This document shows, one piece after another, positions 62,833 through 64,000 of a stretch of DNA of 64,000 bases. The notes beneath the pieces are model-generated. The model made no database searches. It was not told the DNA's origin and was given only the letters and a program-made list of their open reading frames with translations. The first letter of the stretch is position 1. Each line of letters opens with the position of its first letter. A program made the translations under genes and the position numbers. Source of the DNA: an uncultured Eubacteriales bacterium (GTDB lineage Bacteria; Acidobacteriota; Aminicenantia; Aminicenantales; Aminicenantaceae); assembly GCA_964599635.1 (NCBI GenBank), contig CAZRGM010000009.1, positions 14,495-78,494 of the forward strand, written 5' to 3'.

Positions 62833-62918
62833 ATATTACATCTAACTTTGCTTAAAGACAGGCTACCGCCGGTGGGCTTTTTTTGCTTCTTTGATTCAGT
62901 TGTCATCCCGCTCAAAAC

Positions 62919-63018
62919 TATCAATCTATTGATAAGGACCGTTTAAGTCTCTTCTTTCCCTCTTCCTTCATATCTTCAAATTACAGAAATACCTCTCCAA
63001 TTTGATAAAATCTATCAA
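62919..63018. promoter_or_regulatory. Two palindromes sharing the half-site TTGATA/TATCAA in the 330-nt non-coding region upstream of the methyltransferase/EPS genes
   Basis: TATCAATctATTGATA (62919-62934) and TTGATAaaatcTATCAA (63002-63018), with centres about 83 nt apart. Confidence 0.35.
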
Positions 63019-63160
63019 TTATACCTTATTTCTCAACAATTCACCCTCTCTAAAATAATCTGGAATGATTATGCCCCTATTTGAAAATAAAAAAAATACC
63101 CAACCCAGATGATTCTCAGGGTGATATTCCATACCTATCTCTAACCCCTTTAGGTGACTT

Positions 63161-63679
63161 TTACCTCACAAATCCTCTTCGCAACAACCAGATCAGCTTC
63201 CAGAGATAAAACAAAAAACGCCTCCCCATCCCATCCCGTGAGACCATGGCAACCGCATATTTCTCAGGCCCCAGAGAAAAAGACACGGTTTTTCCTTTCC
63301 TTTCAATCTTCACAACACGGCCGAAAATCGCCTTTCTATCCACCAGGCCATCCATCTTAAAAGCATTATCCCCTTTGATTAAATACTGCATCCCTTCTCT
63401 TCCAACCACTCTGTGGACAATTAATTTCCCTGAAACAGGCTCTTCACAGGCAACCACATCCCCAATCTGGATAGTTCGATCGACCAATGGAGCTAGAGTG
63501 ATCACATCACCGTTCCGAATAAACGGCTGCATGCTGAAACCTTTTGCTTGAAATCTGAATTTTTTCCCTCTCTGGAGAACTTCCTTAAGGAATGCCTTCA
63601 TGGACTCCTTATCTAATGAGATTTCACCTTTCTTTCGAACAACGATTCCCGGCTCAAGCCTTAAATTTAAGTTTCTCAT
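63161..63679 (-). CDS. S24/S26-family serine peptidase (signal-peptidase-I-like, Sec11/SipW-type Ser-His signature)
   Basis: 172 aa with KGFSMQPFIRNGDVITLAP (nucleophile Ser) and LIVHRVVGRE (HR motif of ER/archaeal-type enzymes). It has no N-terminal TM anchor, and the C-terminus is hydrophobic (FLFYLWKLIWLL). Confidence 0.55.
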   Translation of the reverse strand: MRNLNLRLEPGIVVRKKGEISLDKESMKAFLKEVLQRGKKFRFQAKGFSMQPFIRNGDVITLAPLVDRTIQIGDVVACEEPVSGKLIVHRVVGREGMQYLIKGDNAFKMDGLVDRKAIFGRVVKIERKGKTVSFSLGPEKYAVAMVSRDGMGRRFLFYLWKLIWLLRRGFVR

Positions 63680-63908
63680 GTAAAATCCGACTTTTCTGCT
63701 TAAAACTTTATATCCATTCCAAAGAATATCGAATTTCTCACCTTATCTTTCCCTTCATCTGGAGAATTATATGTTCAATAGAGATATGTTTCAATAGTTA
63801 TATGCATGAGTTAATAAGAAAACAAAGCACTCTGTTCTTCCTGCGGAAAACAAATTAAATTTTTAATAAAAATCCTCAAGCCATAATCTTCATAATAATT
63901 TTCACTTT

Positions 63909-64000
63909 TTAGATCATTGAATCAAGAAATGATCGGACAGCTTTGTAGGCTTTCTCTATTTGGAGTGAGGAAGTACAGGCCGTGCGAATTTTTTCTAAAT
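63909..64000 (-). CDS. 3' end of an unidentified gene that begins beyond the window
   Basis: The minus-strand frame reads ...LEKIRTACTSSLQIEKAYKAVRSFLDSMI, then TAA (63911-63909). Only 30 codons are visible. Confidence 0.3.
   Translation of the reverse strand, partial: LEKIRTACTSSLQIEKAYKAVRSFLDSMI

Noticed and set aside
62861-62884. Hairpin GGCTACC-gcc-GGTGGGC followed by T7, looking like a plus-strand intrinsic terminator or the end of an unannotated sRNA
   Set aside because: No plus-strand transcription unit feeds into it, because the DNA to its left is the antisense of the methyltransferase gene. On the minus strand it is preceded by A7 and followed only by TGTCTTT. It may be a weak terminator for the S26 peptidase gene, but this is not supportable as a feature.

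Overview
AT-rich bacterial chromosomal segment with about 55 protein genes, mostly on the minus strand. I saw no rRNA, cas genes, CRISPR array, prophage or plasmid hallmarks. Taxonomic origin is not determinable by eye. (1) 1-25 kb holds housekeeping genes: serS, cobO, gltX, a fused transketolase, tRNA-Ser(UGA), tRNA-Arg(CCG) and a long Alu-domain SRP RNA. These are interleaved with secreted-protein genes: an M14 peptidase, two ~1050-aa BNR/sortilin-like paralogues, a thermonuclease, and a PKD protein plus a beta-barrel protein. (2) 25-33 kb holds a RAYT-type Y1 transposase flanked by inverted 28-30-nt repeats, a GAF-GGDEF-PilZ cyclase, an HD-GYP protein, and prmC-prfA-rpmE. (3) 33.5-41.2 kb is the most interesting locus. 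It carries, on the minus strand, a nucleotidyltransferase (NTP_transf_5-like), an ABC exporter, a PqqD-like protein, a radical SAM enzyme split from its SPASM domain, and an HPr-kinase-like P-loop protein. An untracked 57-codon Cys-rich ORF is translationally coupled to the SPASM gene. I read this as a candidate uncharacterised RiPP pathway. (4) 41.6-63.7 kb is a large exopolysaccharide locus (Wza-like exporter, PCP/BY-kinase, CpsB phosphatase, two Wzy/O-antigen-ligase-like proteins, Wzx flippase, priming sugar transferase, several glycosyltransferases and methyltransferases). Intergenic DNA throughout is saturated with at least four repeat families. These are GTGAAT-type heptamer arrays that also run into coding sequence, a ~260-nt foldback element in three oriented copies, a TIR-bounded MITE-like family, and the RAYT-associated 30-mer. 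All calls come from reading the ORF translations and the DNA by eye; no searches were run.
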